Shown here: positions 28,206 through 43,065 of the stretch, piece by piece
Numbering within the stretch: position 1 is the first letter of the stretch
Layout: every line of letters begins with the position of its first letter
Origin: Eledone cirrhosa
Lineage: Eukaryota
Assembly (NCBI GenBank): GCA_964016885.1
Contig: OZ024766.1
Coordinates: forward strand, 10,602,001-10,666,000
Reading direction: 5' to 3'
DNA length: 64,000 nucleotides
Translations under genes and position numbers: made by a program
Notes under the pieces: model-generated
Databases searched by the model: none
Seen by the model: only the letters and a program-made list of their open reading frames with translations
What the model was told of the DNA's origin: nothing

Positions 28206-28244
<39 letters not shown>

Positions 28245-28397
28245 ATAATAATAAATTTGAAGACTAAAATCCAAAGAGGGCTCGATAAGGATAAATATAT
28301 ATCAAATATATAAGAACCGTAGAGCAAATATTTATTAAAATAACAGATTAAAGTTTAAGCAAAGAATCGCTGCTTTCACCCTTAACGGGATCTTCAG

Positions 28398-28448
28398 AGT
28401 TTCTGAAGATCCCGTTAAAGGTGAAAGCAGCGATTCTTTGCTTAAACT
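28398..28448 (+). ncRNA. Hammerhead motif, family D, canonical core
   Basis: AGTTT-CTGAAGA-TCCCGTTAAAGGT-GAAA-GCA GCGATTCTT TGC-TT-AAACT. An inverted partner with CTGAAGA lies at about 28352-28397. Confidence 0.75.
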
Positions 28449-28949
28449 TTAATCTGTTATTTTAATAAATATATATATATATATATATAAATACATGTAT
28501 ATAGATGAACGTATATATACATGTATATATATATATGTACATATAAATGTATGTATATATATATATATATACATACATACATTTATATGTACATATATAC
28601 ATACATACATATATATATACACACATATATATATATATATACATGCATATATATATGTATTTATATATATATATACATGTATATATATATATGTATGTAT
28701 ATATATATATACACACATGTATATATATGTATATATATATATATATATATATTTATACAGTATATAATTTATATATATACAGACACACACACATATATAT
28801 ATACACATGTGTGTATATACATATATATGTCAGTGTAATAGGTTATAAAACCAACCACAAATTTACAAACGAGGTGCTAACTCTTTCGAGCGAGGCGAAA
28901 ACAACATCTGCTTTCCTGAACACATTTCATACCATAGGTTTCATTGTGC

Positions 28950-29570
28950 TGCGGTGGTGTTGTGTGGTGTGGTGGTGGTGTTGCGGTGGTGTGGTGGTGG
29001 TGTTGCTGTGGTGTGGTATAGTGTGGTGTTGTGTGTTGTGTGGTGTGGTGGTGGTGATGTTGGTAGTGGTGTGGTGTGGTGGTGTGGTGTACTGATGTGA
29101 TGGTGTGGTGTAGCGGTGTGGTGTGGGTGTGGTGCAGTGGTGTGCTGTTGGTGTGGTGTAGTGGTGTAGTGGTGGTGTAGTGGTGTGGTGATGTGATGGT
29201 GTGGTGTAGCGGTGTGGTGTGGGTGTGGTGTAGTGGTGTGGTGGTGGTGCAGTGGTGTGCTGTTGGTGTGGTGTGGTGGTGGTGTAGTGGTGTGGTGTGG
29301 TGTGGTGGTGTGGTGTAGTGATGTGATGGTGTGGTGTAGCGGTGTGGTGTTGGTGTGGTGTAGTGGTGTGGTGGTGGTGTATTGGTGCGGTGTAGTGGTG
29401 TGGTGGTGGTGTATTGGTGCGGTGTAGTGGTGGTGGTGCGGTGTAGTGGTGTGGTGGTGTGGTGTAGTAGTGTTGTGGTGTGGTGTAGTGGTGTAGTGGT
29501 GTGGTGATGTAGTGGTGTAGTGCTGGAGGTGTGGTGTAGTGGTGGTGGTGTGGTGTAGTGATTTTGTGGT
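28950..29570. repeat. (GTG/GTGGT)n low-complexity array
   Basis: Direct inspection. Confidence 0.9.
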
Positions 29571-30142
29571 GCTACCCTCTCCCTCTCTCTATCTATCTCT
29601 CTCTCCCTATCTATCTATCTATCTATATCTATATCTATCTATCTATCTATATCTCTATCTATCTCCCTATCTATATATCTATCTATCTCTCCCTATCTCC
29701 CTATCTATCGACTTGCTCATCAAAGCGCACGCACGTTTAAAACCTTTGCCGGCGGCCATTTTTCTTTCTTTCTATTCCTCTTTCTTTCTTTGTTTTATTC
29801 CATTGTTTCCTTCTCATTCTTCTTCTCCCCCCCTCTCTCATACACTTCACCAACACACTCCTCTCCCCACCACTCTAACCACCACCAACAACACTAACAC
29901 TACCACCAGCGCCGCCGCCGCCATATTGGACCCTGCAGTCAAAACAAACAACCCCCCCTCTCCCCTCTCCCCTACATCCTCTTTCATGGCGAAACTCCCT
30001 CGAGCTGTTGCTGTTGTTGTTGTTGTTGCTACTGTTGTTGTTTGAAGTACCGGGGTATTTGTACCTCTGTTTTTACACACACACACACATATATATATAT
30101 ATTAGTATCTGCTATATTGCCACTACAAATACATACATACAT

Positions 30143-30199
<57 letters not shown>

Positions 30200-30202
30200 T
30201 AA

Positions 30203-30279
<77 letters not shown>

Positions 30280-30324
30280 CATATATATATATATAAATAT
30301 ACATATACATATATATATAAATAT

Positions 30325-30365
<41 letters not shown>

Positions 30366-30477
30366 AATATATATATATATGTGTGTACACCCAGTTATAT
30401 ATATATGTATATATATATATATATAAATGAAAGGTATAGAAAACATTGTAGCAAAAAGCCAACGGTATTCCATAATA

Positions 30478-30560
<83 letters not shown>

Positions 30561-30996
30561 ACACCCAGTTATATATATATGTATATATATATATATATAT
30601 AGATATATATATATATATAAATATATATAGATATACCTTTCATTTATATATATAAATATATATATATGTGTGTACACCCAGTTATATATGTATATATATA
30701 TATATATATATAGATAGATAGATATATATAAATATATATAGATATACCTTTCATTTATATATATAAATATATATATATGTGTGTACACCCAGTTATATAT
30801 ATATGCATTAGTAAATAGTTTGTTCTGTTATCTTCCGCCATTATCAACTTTTATTACTAACTTCTCAGCTAGGAGAGCGCTTCCATAAATATGCTCCACG
30901 GGTTTTACTGGCGGTGTTGAGGTGTGGTGTAGTGCTTGTGTGGTGTTGTTGTATAGTAGATATTCACACACACACACACACATATATATATGTATA

Positions 30997-31054
<58 letters not shown>

Positions 31055-31088
31055 CATATATATATGTGTGTATATATGTATATATATG

Positions 31089-31119
<31 letters not shown>

Positions 31120-31142
31120 GTATATATATATATATATATGTA

Positions 31143-31251
<109 letters not shown>

Positions 31252-31394
31252 ATAGATAGTTATATACACATACATATATATATATGTAAGTATATATATA
31301 TATATATTTATATACACTCATATACGTACAACAAAAATTCCCTCCCCCTCTCTCTCTATATATATATATACATGTATATATATATATATGTGTA

Positions 31395-31508
<114 letters not shown>

Positions 31509-31583
31509 GCGTATATATGTAGAAGTCGGTATATACATTCAATACTTATTTATATATATATATAAATTCATTTGCGTATATTT

Positions 31584-31650
<67 letters not shown>

Positions 31651-31705
31651 CATATATATATATATTCACACATATATACATATAAATATATATAAATTCA
31701 TTTAC

Positions 31706-31752
<47 letters not shown>

Positions 31753-32027
31753 TACATACATACATACATATATATTCACACACACACAAACACAAACACA
31801 TATATATATACATATATATATATAGGTTTCTTCCCACACGTACAAGGTGTTTCCTTCTTACGAGCTGACAAGACAAAACCATCTCGCAAGAAATAGCGTT
31901 ACACATCCGCCATTTCGTAGAAACAAACTTTATGTCCAAATATTTTATTATGTCACGCTATAATGGCGTCTCGTTGCCGAAATTCGTGTGACCCTTATCA
32001 TCGTGAATGGGTTTAGATATCATTTTA

Positions 32028-32670
32028 TAATAATTGTTTCTACTATTGACACAAGGCCAGCAATTATCCCAGTGTATTACTGGTACTTTATTTTATCGAC
32101 CCCCGTAAGGATGAAATGTAAAGTTAACCTCGGCGGGATTTGAACTCAGAATGGCAAGGGCCGTAACTCTATGCGTCAAAGCATGGCGTCCGACCCTCTA
32201 CCGATACTGCGAAAATACTAATAATTGTTTCTACTATTGACACAAGGCCAGCAATTATCCCAGTGTATTACTGGTACTTTATTTTATAGACCCTCGTAAG
32301 TATGAAAGGCAAAGATAACCTCGGCGGGATTTTAACTCAGAACGTAAAGGGCCGTAACTCAGTGCTGCGAAGCATGGCGTAGTGTATGTCATGATGCACA
32401 CACACACATATATACATACATGTATGTGTGTATATATGTAAATATGTATGTCTATATATGTATGTGTGTATATATAAGGATGAAAGGCAAAGTCAACCTC
32501 GGCGGGATTTGAACTGAGAATGGCAAGGGCCGTAACTCTATGCGTCAAAGCATGGCGTCCGACCCTCTACCGATACTGCCAAAATACTAATAAATGTTAC
32601 TATTTTTCGCACAAGGCCAGCAAATTATCCCAGTGTATTACTGGTACTTTATTTTATTGACTTCTTAAGG
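32028..32670 (-). mobile_element. Tandem copies of the same SINE family, opposite strand
   Basis: CTGGTACTTTATTTTAT x3 and AACCTCGGCGGGATTT..ACT x3. Confidence 0.8.
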
Positions 32671-32679
32671 AGGAAAGGC

Positions 32680-33417
32680 AATGATGGTGGTGGTGGTGAT
32701 GTCGATGATAATGGTGGTGGTAGTCTTGATGGTAATGGTGGTGGTAGTCTTGATGGTAATGGTGGTGGTGTTGGTGGTAATGGTGGCGGTGTTGGTGTCG
32801 ATGGTAACGATGGTGGTGGCGACAGCGATGGTAGTGGTAATGGTGGTGATGGTGGGGGTGGGGGTGGTAATGGTGGTGATGGTAGTGGTAATGGTGGTGG
32901 TGGTGGTGGTGATGACGATGATAATGGTGATGATGGTGGTAGTGGTGATAATGTCGATGGTGATGGTGGTGTTGATGGTGATGATGGTGATGGTAGTAGT
33001 GGTGTTGATGGTAGTGGTGGTGGTGATGGCGGTGATGGTGGTGTTGATGGTGATGATGGTAGTGGTGGTGATGGTCGTGGTGGTGATGGTAGTGGTGATG
33101 GTGATGGTGGTGATGGTGATGATGGTGGTGATGGTGGTGGTGGTGATGGTGGTGGTGGTGATGGTAGTGATGGTGATGGTAGTGATGGTGGTGATGGTGG
33201 TGGTGGTGATGGTAGTGTGGTGATGGTGATAATGTCGATGGTGGTGATGGTGATGATGGCGGTGATGATGACGGTAGTAGAAATGATGGCGACGATGGTG
33301 GTGTCGATGGTAACGGCAGTGGTGATGGTGGTGATGATGATGGTGGTGGTGGTGATGATGGTATCGATGGTTGTCAAAGCTGACACTATATAGATATATA
33401 TAGACAGGAGGAAAAAC

Positions 33418-33452
<35 letters not shown>

Positions 33453-33622
33453 GCAGCAGCAGCAGCAACAACAACAACACCACCACCACCAACAACAACA
33501 ACAGCAGCAGCAGCAACAACAACACCACCACCAACAGCAACAACAACAACAACAACAACAACACCACCACCAACAACAACAACAACAACAACACCACCAC
33601 CAACACCAACAACAACAACACC

Positions 33623-33653
<31 letters not shown>

Positions 33654-33685
33654 CCACCACCAACAACAACAACAACAACAACACC

Positions 33686-33716
<31 letters not shown>

Positions 33717-33799
33717 CCACCACCAACAACAACAACAACAACAACACCACCACCAACACCAACAACAACAACACCACCACCACCAACACCAACAACACC

Positions 33800-33830
<31 letters not shown>

Positions 33831-33895
33831 CCACCACCACCAACACCAACAACAACAACAACACCACCACCACCAACACCAACAACAACAACACC

Positions 33896-33926
<31 letters not shown>

Positions 33927-34009
33927 CCACCACCAACAACAACAACAACAACAACACCACCACCAACACCAACAACAACAACACCACCACCACCAACACC
34001 AACAACACC

Positions 34010-34040
<31 letters not shown>

Positions 34041-34042
34041 CC

Positions 34043-34073
<31 letters not shown>

Positions 34074-34105
34074 CCACCACCACCAACACCAACAACAACA
34101 ACACC

Positions 34106-34136
<31 letters not shown>

Positions 34137-34219
34137 CCACCACCAACAACAACAACAACAACAACACCACCACCAACACCAACAACAACAACACCACCAC
34201 CACCAACACCAACAACACC

Positions 34220-34250
<31 letters not shown>

Positions 34251-34303
34251 CCACCACCACCACCACCACCAACAACAACAACACCACCACCACCACCACC
34301 ACC

Positions 34304-34335
<32 letters not shown>

Positions 34336-34345
34336 CAACAACAAA
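32680..34345. repeat. (GGT/GAT)n array followed by an opposite-skew (CAA/CAC)n array
   Basis: 32680-33370 is G/T-rich; 33415-34345 is C/A-rich. Confidence 0.9.
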
Positions 34346-34649
34346 AGCCCAACAAGTTTACAACTCGAACTGAAGAATCGTTGACAGATTTTCAAGTGAT
34401 TTCTCCACCAAATGACAGAACTATTGGCCTCCTCCCCGCTCCCCCACCGATAGAAATCGATACCAATTGCTCACACTACCACCCCACCTCCATCATGCCA
34501 TTGTTTTCTCCCTCCTCCCATCCGATCCAAGCCCCCCTCTCCCCCAAACTTTCCCTCCTTGCTTCCTTGCCCCCCCCCCCCCCACACACCTTATTGTATT
34601 CTCGTTAATCCGCGCTATATCCGCTCCGCGCCGCCCCGCCCCGCTCCAC

Positions 34650-37500
34650 CGCCATCATCATCATCACCATCACCATTGTCATCACCATCACCATCCTCAC
34701 CACCATCATCACCATCACCATCACCATCATCATCACCATTGTCATCATCATCTCCATCAATAAGACCACCACCAACTACTACCATGCTACCACCATACCA
34801 CCACCACCACCATACCACCAGCATACCATCACCATATTAAAACCGACCCTACTGTCACCATCACCATACCACCACCACAACCACTATACCTTCATACCAC
34901 CAGCATACCATCACCATACCACCACCACAACCACTATACCTTCATACCTCCACCACCACAACCACTATACCTTCATACCTCCACCACCACCACCACCATA
35001 GCAACAACACCAACACCATACCACCAGCATACCATCACCATACCACCACCACAACCACTATACCTTCATACCTCCACCACCACCACCACCATAGCAACAA
35101 CACCAACACCATACCACCACCACAACCATTATACCTTCATACCTCCACCACCACCAGCATAGCAACAACACCAACACCATACCACCAGCATACCATTACC
35201 ATACCACCACCACAACCACTATACCTTCATACCTCCACCACCACCATAGCAACAACACCAACACCATACCACCAGCATACCATCACCATATTAAAACCGA
35301 CCCTACTGTCACCACCACCACCACCACTATACCTTCATACCTCCACCACCACCACCACCATAGCACCAACACCAACACCATACCACCACCATACCATCAC
35401 CATATTAAAACCGACCCTACTGTCACCACTACCATACCACCACCACAACCACTATACCTTCATACCTCCACCACCACCACCATAACACCAACACCACCAC
35501 TATACCTTCATACCTCCACCACCACCACCACCATAGCACCAACACCACCACCATACCACCAGCATACCATCACCATATTAAAACCGACCCTACTGTCACC
35601 ATCACCATACCACCACCACAACCACTATACCTTCATACCTCCACCATCACCACCATAACACCAACACCATACCACCAGCATACCATCACCATATTAAAAC
35701 CGACCCTACTGTCACCACCACCACTATACCTTCATACCACCACCACCATACCATCACCATATTAAAACCGACGCTACTGTCACCACCACAACCACTATAC
35801 CACCATTACCAAACCACCACCATACCAACACCACCACAACTACAAAAATACTACCATCACCATACCGCCACCACCATACCACCAAAACCACAACAACAAA
35901 TCTACCATCACCACCACCACCACCACCATAATACCACCATACCAACACCACCACAACTACAACAATACTACCACAACCACCATACCATCACCACCATACC
36001 ACCAACACCACAACGACAAATCTACCATCACCATACCATACCAACACCACCAGAACTACAACAATACTACCATCACCATACCATCACCACCGCCACAATA
36101 CCACAACTACAACAATACTACCATCACCATACCATCACCACCACCACAATACCACCATCACCACACCATACCAACACCACCACAACTACAACAATACTAC
36201 CACAACCACCACCATACCTCCACCACCACCATACCACAACGACAAATCTACCATCACCACACCATACCAACACCACCACCACCACCACACCACCAAAACC
36301 ACAACGACAAATCTACCATCACCACCACCACCACCACCACCACAATACCACCATCACCACCACAACTACAACAATACTACCACAACCACCACCACAACGA
36401 CAAATCTACCATCACCACCACCACCACCACAATACCACCATCACCACCACCACCACCACCACCACCACCATACCACCAAAACCACAACAACAAATCTACC
36501 ATCACCACCACCACCACCACCACCACCACCACAACTACAACAATACTACCACAACCACCACCACCATACCAACACCACCACAACTACAACAATACTACCA
36601 CAACCACCACCATACCACCATACCACCACCACCACCACCACCACCACAATACCACCATACCACCACCACCACCATACCACCAAGAGACCAGTAGGCACCA
36701 CAACAAAACATTTACAAAACCATCCATCATGGCGTCTCCTCTCACAGCGGGTGACATGTTTGCTTGCCCGAAAACAAATCGTGATTGTCTTCCATTTTGT
36801 ATCAATATTTGATACCATTGGGAGGTGTGGTGTGGTGTGGTGTGGTGTGGTGGTTGGACTATTAGGTGGGTGGTAGAGTGTTAGTGGTGGTGGCGTGGTG
36901 GTGGTATTGTATTGGTGGTGGTGGTGGCATGGTGGTATTGTGTTGGTGGTGGTGGTAGTGGTATTGTGTTGGTGGTGGTATTGTGTTGGTGGTGGTGGTG
37001 GCGTGGTGGTGGTGGTATTGTGGTGGTGGTGGTGGTATTGTGTTGGTGGTGGTGGTGGTGGTATTGTGTTGGTGGTGGTGGTGGTGGTATTGTGTTGGTG
37101 GTGGTAGTAGTGGTATTGTGTTGGTGGTAGTGGTGGTATTGTGTTGGTGGTAGTGGTGGCGTGGTGGTGGTGGTATTGTGTTGGTGGTGGTGGTGGTGGT
37201 ATTGTGTTGGTGGTGGTGGTGGTGGTATGGTGTTGGTGGTGGTGGTGGTGGTATTGTGTTGGTGGTAGTGGTGGTGGTATTGTGTTGGTGGTAGTGGTAT
37301 TGTGTTGGTGGTAGTGGTGGTGGTAGTGGTGGTGGTATTGTGTTGGTGGTAGTGGTGGTGGTGGTAGTGGTGGTGGTAGTGGTGGTGGTATTGTGTTGGT
37401 GGTAGTGGTGGTGGTGGTAGTGGTGGTATTGTGGTGGTGGTAGTGGTGTTGGTGGTAGTGGTGGTATTGTGGTGGTGGTAGTGGTTGTCGTTGTGGTACT
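34650..37500. repeat. (CAC/CATAC)n compound array (34650-36680) and (GGT)n-GTATTGTGTT array (36820-37500)
   Basis: Direct inspection. Confidence 0.9.
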
Positions 37501-37527
37501 TGTGTGACTGTCTATCTATCTATCTAT

Positions 37528-38510
37528 GGGACAAATCCAGTTGACTGCCGAGTCCATAGTAAGGATCAAACCGCCAGCCTCTTTCTAAAACGAAAGAGAA
37601 GTGGTTTTCCTCTGTACGGTGGCTATGGTGAAAGGTGTTATATGGTGGACGAGGTTGAGAGGACTGAGGACAGATGCCTTTCTCTCCGGACCACAACTCA
37701 TTCCCTTCTTTAGGTACCACTTTAGAAGGAGAATCAGAGTGGAGAGAGAGGCACTGCACCCCAGTAAATTTACTGAAAGGTGTTATATGGTGGACGAGGT
37801 TGAGAGGACTGAGGACAGATGCCTTTCTCTCCGGACAACAACTCATTCCCTTCTTTAGGTACCACTTTAGAAGGAGAATCAGAGTGGAGAGAGAGGCACT
37901 GCACCCCAGTAAATTTACTGAAAGGTGTTATATGGTGGACGAGGTTGAGAGGACTGAGGACAGATGCCTTTCTCTCCGGACAACAACTCATTCCCTTCTT
38001 TAGGTACCACTTTAGAAGGAGAATCAGAGTGGAGAGAGAGGCACTGCACCCCAGTAAATTTACTGAAAGGTGTTATATGGTGGACGAGGTTGAGAGGACT
38101 GAGGACAGATGCCTTTCTCTCCGGACAACAACTCATTCCCTTCTTTAGGTACCACTTTAGAAGGAGAATCAGAATGGAGAGAGAGGCACTGCACCCCAGT
38201 AAATTTACTGAAATGTGGGTGAATGTGGCAAAAATGGCCCGAGTGATTGGACCTTCTCTGTTTATAAGCCTGTAGGTTGAGGAAGAGAGCAAAAGGAAGA
38301 AAGGAGCACTTGCACAACATGCTCCTGGAGTTGAGGGTTGTTCTATCTACGGGGTATTAAACGACTCATTTGTGGCGCCTCCCCCCTATTGGGGATTTCG
38401 ATTGTTGTAATTGTTTGTTTTTATATTTTTTACACGACTGTATGTAAAATCCCCGGCATGTCTTTGTATTGTCCCATTTTCTTGTGCGCCCTTGTGGCTA
38501 ATAAAGAAAT
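37528..38510 (+). mobile_element. 5'-truncated Tx1/L1-like LINE with 4 x 145-bp tandem amplification (37629-38208)
   Basis: ORF2 C-terminal peptide VIWWTRLRGL..FFRYHFRRRIRMERE; ORF starts spaced exactly 145 bp; (TATC)n on both sides. Confidence 0.85.
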
Positions 38511-38529
38511 CTATCTATCTATCTATCTT

Positions 38530-39432
38530 CGGAAGGTCCTACCGAACAGACTGGCCAGTTCGTCTTCCTCTACGCCTAGAGTTTCACCGACGCGCTCGGT
38601 GAAACTCTGGGCGTAGAGGAAGACGAACTGGCCAGTCTATTCAGTAGGACCTTCCGCCCGGGACCGATGGACAACTTCCAAAAGTCCCTGGCCTGGCAGT
38701 GCTACCGAGGAGCTCTACCAGTTCGAGACAAGCTCTACAGACATGGGCGCCTGGGCAGGGACCCTTCGAAAAAGATCTGTCCGAGGTGCGTGCGAGATGA
38801 AGAAACCGTCCCGCACGCATTCATACAGTGCACGGGCATCACCAACCTGTGGGGCTATGTAGAACGATTATTGTCGCGGGTGGGACCAATCCAGTTGACT
38901 ACCGAGTCCATTGTCATGATCAAACTGCCACCCTCCTTCAAAAACAAAGGAGAGGCGGTTTTCCTTTGTGTGATAGCTATGGCGAAAGAGGTTGTATGGT
39001 GGACGAGGTTGAAAGGGCTGAGGTCAGACACCTTTCTCTCCAGCCAACAACTGATTCTTTTTATCAAATACCACTTTGGAAGAAGAGTCAGGATGGAGAG
39101 AGAGGTGCTGTACCCCAGCAAGTTTTATGAAAGGTGGGTGAAAGTGGTGAGAATGGCCCCAGTGGTTGGGCCTTCTCTCTATATCAGCCTGTAGGTTGAG
39201 GAAAAAGAGGAGGAGAGGAAAGGGGTACAAACTCTTCGTACTCCTGGAGATGAGGGTTGCACATTTTTTCAGAGGTATGTGTTACCCGTTGTAACGTCTC
39301 CCCCTATTGGGGAAAATCGATTAATTTTTAAATTCCATTTGTGATAATATTTTACACGTTTTTATTGTATGTAAACTTCCCCCTTTGTATTTGTCCCCTT
39401 CTTTTGTGCCCCTCTGGCTAATAAAGAAACAT
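38530..39432 (+). mobile_element. 5'-truncated Tx1/L1-like LINE, ORF2 zinc-knuckle (zf-RVT-like) region, with a 5' fold-back
   Basis: ORF 38667-39194: WQCYRGALPV..CPRC..ETVPHAFIQC (CCHC); hairpin 38530-38656; 3' GGCTAATAAAGAAAC tail. Confidence 0.88.
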
Positions 39433-39677
39433 ATCAATCTATCTGTCTGTCTGTCTGTCTCTCTGTCCATCCATCTGTCTGTCTGTGTGTCCGAGCCCCA
39501 CACCTTTTAGTCCTGCATCTGACAGGTTAAGAAGTTAAAACCTTACAAGTCGCCAACAAGTCGAACACATCAAAGGGAATCATTTAAGACACGAAGTACG
39601 TTGCAAAGGAATCAATCGGTTTAAGATCGATAAACATAGAATATTGCACTTACATTCTCTCTCTCCCTCTCTCTGTC

Positions 39678-39708
<31 letters not shown>

Positions 39709-39796
39709 CTCTCACAAATGGACGCGTATGTATGTATGTATATATTTATGTGTGTGTCTATGCATGTATGCACGCATGAATATATATATATATATA

Positions 39797-39889
<93 letters not shown>

Positions 39890-39946
39890 GTATATATGTA
39901 TATATATATATATATATGCATACATACATATATACATATATATTTG

Positions 39947-39980
<34 letters not shown>

Positions 39981-40039
39981 ACGTATAAATAGAGAGATTT
40001 GTCCGCACATACATAACATTTTCTCGCCCCCACCCCCTA

Positions 40040-40075
<36 letters not shown>

Positions 40076-40297
40076 ACTATATATATATATATATATAAAA
40101 TAAATAACGAAAGATCCACTCAACGTTTCTTATATGTATATCCATATTTACAGTATACACCGGAAAAAGATTATTTCATGGAAAATAAAGAAACAGTATT
40201 GCTTATATATATATATATAAAATGATGATGATGATAATGATGATGATATATATATGGTGGATTTGCTGAAGGAAGTTATGGCTAGCACATTTTTGAT

Positions 40298-40339
40298 TTA
40301 CAGACCAGTTTTCGGTCCTGTGAACTCATCAAGATGTAA
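40298..40339 (-). ncRNA. Degenerate minimal hammerhead
   Basis: Reverse complement: TTACA-TCTTGATGA-GTTC ACA GGAC C-GAAA-ACTGG-TC-TGTAA. Confidence 0.45.
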
Positions 40340-40395
40340 TTTTCAAGGTTATGCTTTTGCTGAAATATGTATTTTTAACATGCTAATACCATTCC

Positions 40396-42312
40396 AATAC
40401 AAAATTATTAACCATCTTGCCAACAACAACCTTGAGCACCTTTTTGATTTCCATGTGTCTAACACACGTGGACATGCCCACAAAGTCAGAAAACAGAACA
40501 GCTCCCATGAATTTCTGAAACATTTTTTCACACTCAGAGTTGCTGAAGCATGGAACAAACTACCTGCATCAGTTGTTAGCTGTCGAGACACTGCATCCTT
40601 TAAAACCTCCATGGAACAAACAGCCTGCATCAGTTGTTAGCTGTCGAGACACAGCATCCTTTAAAACCTCCATGGAACAAACTACCTGCATCAGTTGTTA
40701 GCTGTCGAGACACTGCATCCTTTAAAACCTCCATGAACAAACTACCTGCATCAGTTGTTAGCTATCGAGACACTGCATCCTTTAAAACCTCCATGGAACA
40801 AACTACCTGCATCAGTTGTTAGCTGTCGAGACACTGCATCCTTTAAAACCTCCATGGATCAAACTGCCTGCATCGGTTGTTAGCTGTCAAGACACTGCAT
40901 CCTTTAAAACCTCCATGAAACAAACTACCTGCATCAGTTGTTAGCTGTCGAGACACTGCATCCTTTAAAACCTCCATGGAACAAACTACCTGCATCAGTT
41001 GTTAGCTGTCGAGACACTGCATCCTTTAAAACCTCAATGAACAAACTACCTGCATCAGTTGTTAGCTGTCGAGACACTACATCCTTTAAAACCTCCATAG
41101 AACAAACTACCTGCATCGATTGTTAGCTGTTGAGACAATGCATCCTTTAAAACCTCCATGGAACAAACTATCTGCATCAGTTGTTAGCTGTCGAGACACT
41201 GCATCCTTTAAAACCTCCATGGAACAAACTGCCTGCATCGGTTGTTAGCTGTTGAGACACTGCATCCTTTAAAACCTCCATGGAACAAACTACCTGCATC
41301 AATTGTTAGCTGTCGAGACACTGCATCCTTTAAAACCTCCATGAACAAACTACCTGCATCAGTTGTTAGCTGTCGAGACACTGCATCCTTTAAAACCTCC
41401 ATGGAACAAACTACCTGCATCAGTTGTTAGCTGTCGAGACACTGTATCTTTTAAAACCTCCATGGAACAAACTACCTGCATCAATTGTTAGCTGTCGAGA
41501 CACTGCATCCTTTAAAACCTCCATGGAACAAACTACCTGCATCAGTTGTTAGCTGTCGAGACACTGCATCCTTTAAAACCTCCATGGAACAAACTGCCTG
41601 CATCGGTTGTTAGCTGTCAAGACACTGCATCCTTTAAACCCTCCATGAAACAAACTACCTGCATCAGTTGTTAGCTGTCAAGATACTGCATCCTTTAAAA
41701 CCTCCATGGAACAAACTACTTGCATCAGTTGTTAGCTGTCGAGACACTGCATCCTTTAAAACCTCCATGGAACAAACTGCCTGCATCGGTTGTTAGCTGT
41801 CAAGACACTGCATCCTTTAAAACCTCCATGGAACAAACTACCTGCATCAGTTGTTAGCTGTCGAGACACTGCATCCTTTAAAACCTCCATGGAACAAACT
41901 ACCTGCATCAGTTGTTAGTTGTCGAGACACTGCATCCTTTAAAACCTCCATGGAACAAACTACCTGCATCAGTTGTTAGTTGTCGAGACACTGCATCCTT
42001 TAAAACCTCCATGGAACAAACTACCTGCATCAGTTGTTAGCTGTCGAGACACTGCATCCTTTAAAACCTCCATGGAACAAACTACCTGCATCAGTTGTTA
42101 GATGTCGAGACACTGCATCCTTTAAAACCTCCATGCTTCCTGAGATTCACCAACACTACACCTGATATCCCCCCCCATGCACATACAAATACACACGTAT
42201 ATCATGACTCATACACTATTCATTTTCCTGACATTTGTACATTATTCTATGTACTATACATGCACCTTTGATGACTTGTAGTGCACTTGAGCACTGTACA
42301 CAATTTTCATTA
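40396..42312 (+). mobile_element. CR1-clade LINE 3' end interrupted by its own 61-bp tandem array
   Basis: YKIIN..NTRGH..HFFTLRVAEAWNKLPASVV..ASFK, then the array, then the remainder CTTCCTGAGATTCACCAACACTACACCTGA and a 3' UTR. Confidence 0.88.
40549..42135. repeat. 61-bp minisatellite, about 26 copies
   Basis: CATGGAACAAACTACCTGCATCAGTTGTTAGCTGTCGAGACACTGCATCCTTTAAAACCTC. Confidence 0.95.
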
Positions 42313-42609
42313 TATAGATGGTATGTATATAATTGTGTTTATATAATGGTGTGTGCCTGTGTGTATATCATGACTCAACCTGCATACACATTCATAATCA
42401 CACACACACACACACATAAATATATATATATATATATATATTTATAGGTATATATACATAAATATATATATACATACATCATCATCATCATCATCATCAT
42501 ACATATATAGACTTTATATCTTTATTGTCATATCTATATATATATATTCAAACATACATTATATATATAATACACATATATATACAAACACATATATATA
42601 CAAACACAC

Positions 42610-42763
<154 letters not shown>

Positions 42764-42818
42764 AGAAATAGCTGTCGAAATGGCTTGAGCTCTGCCTTCG
42801 GGGTCATACTTGTTACTC

Positions 42819-42853
<35 letters not shown>

Positions 42854-43023
42854 ATAGATTATATATGGATATATATATATATATATGTATATGGGTATAT
42901 ATTTATACATATATATGTATATAGGTATATATATATGTACATGGGTTTATATATATATATATATATATACACACACTCAATTGTGTATATATATATATAT
43001 ATATATATAGATAGACACACAAT

Positions 43024-43065
<42 letters not shown>

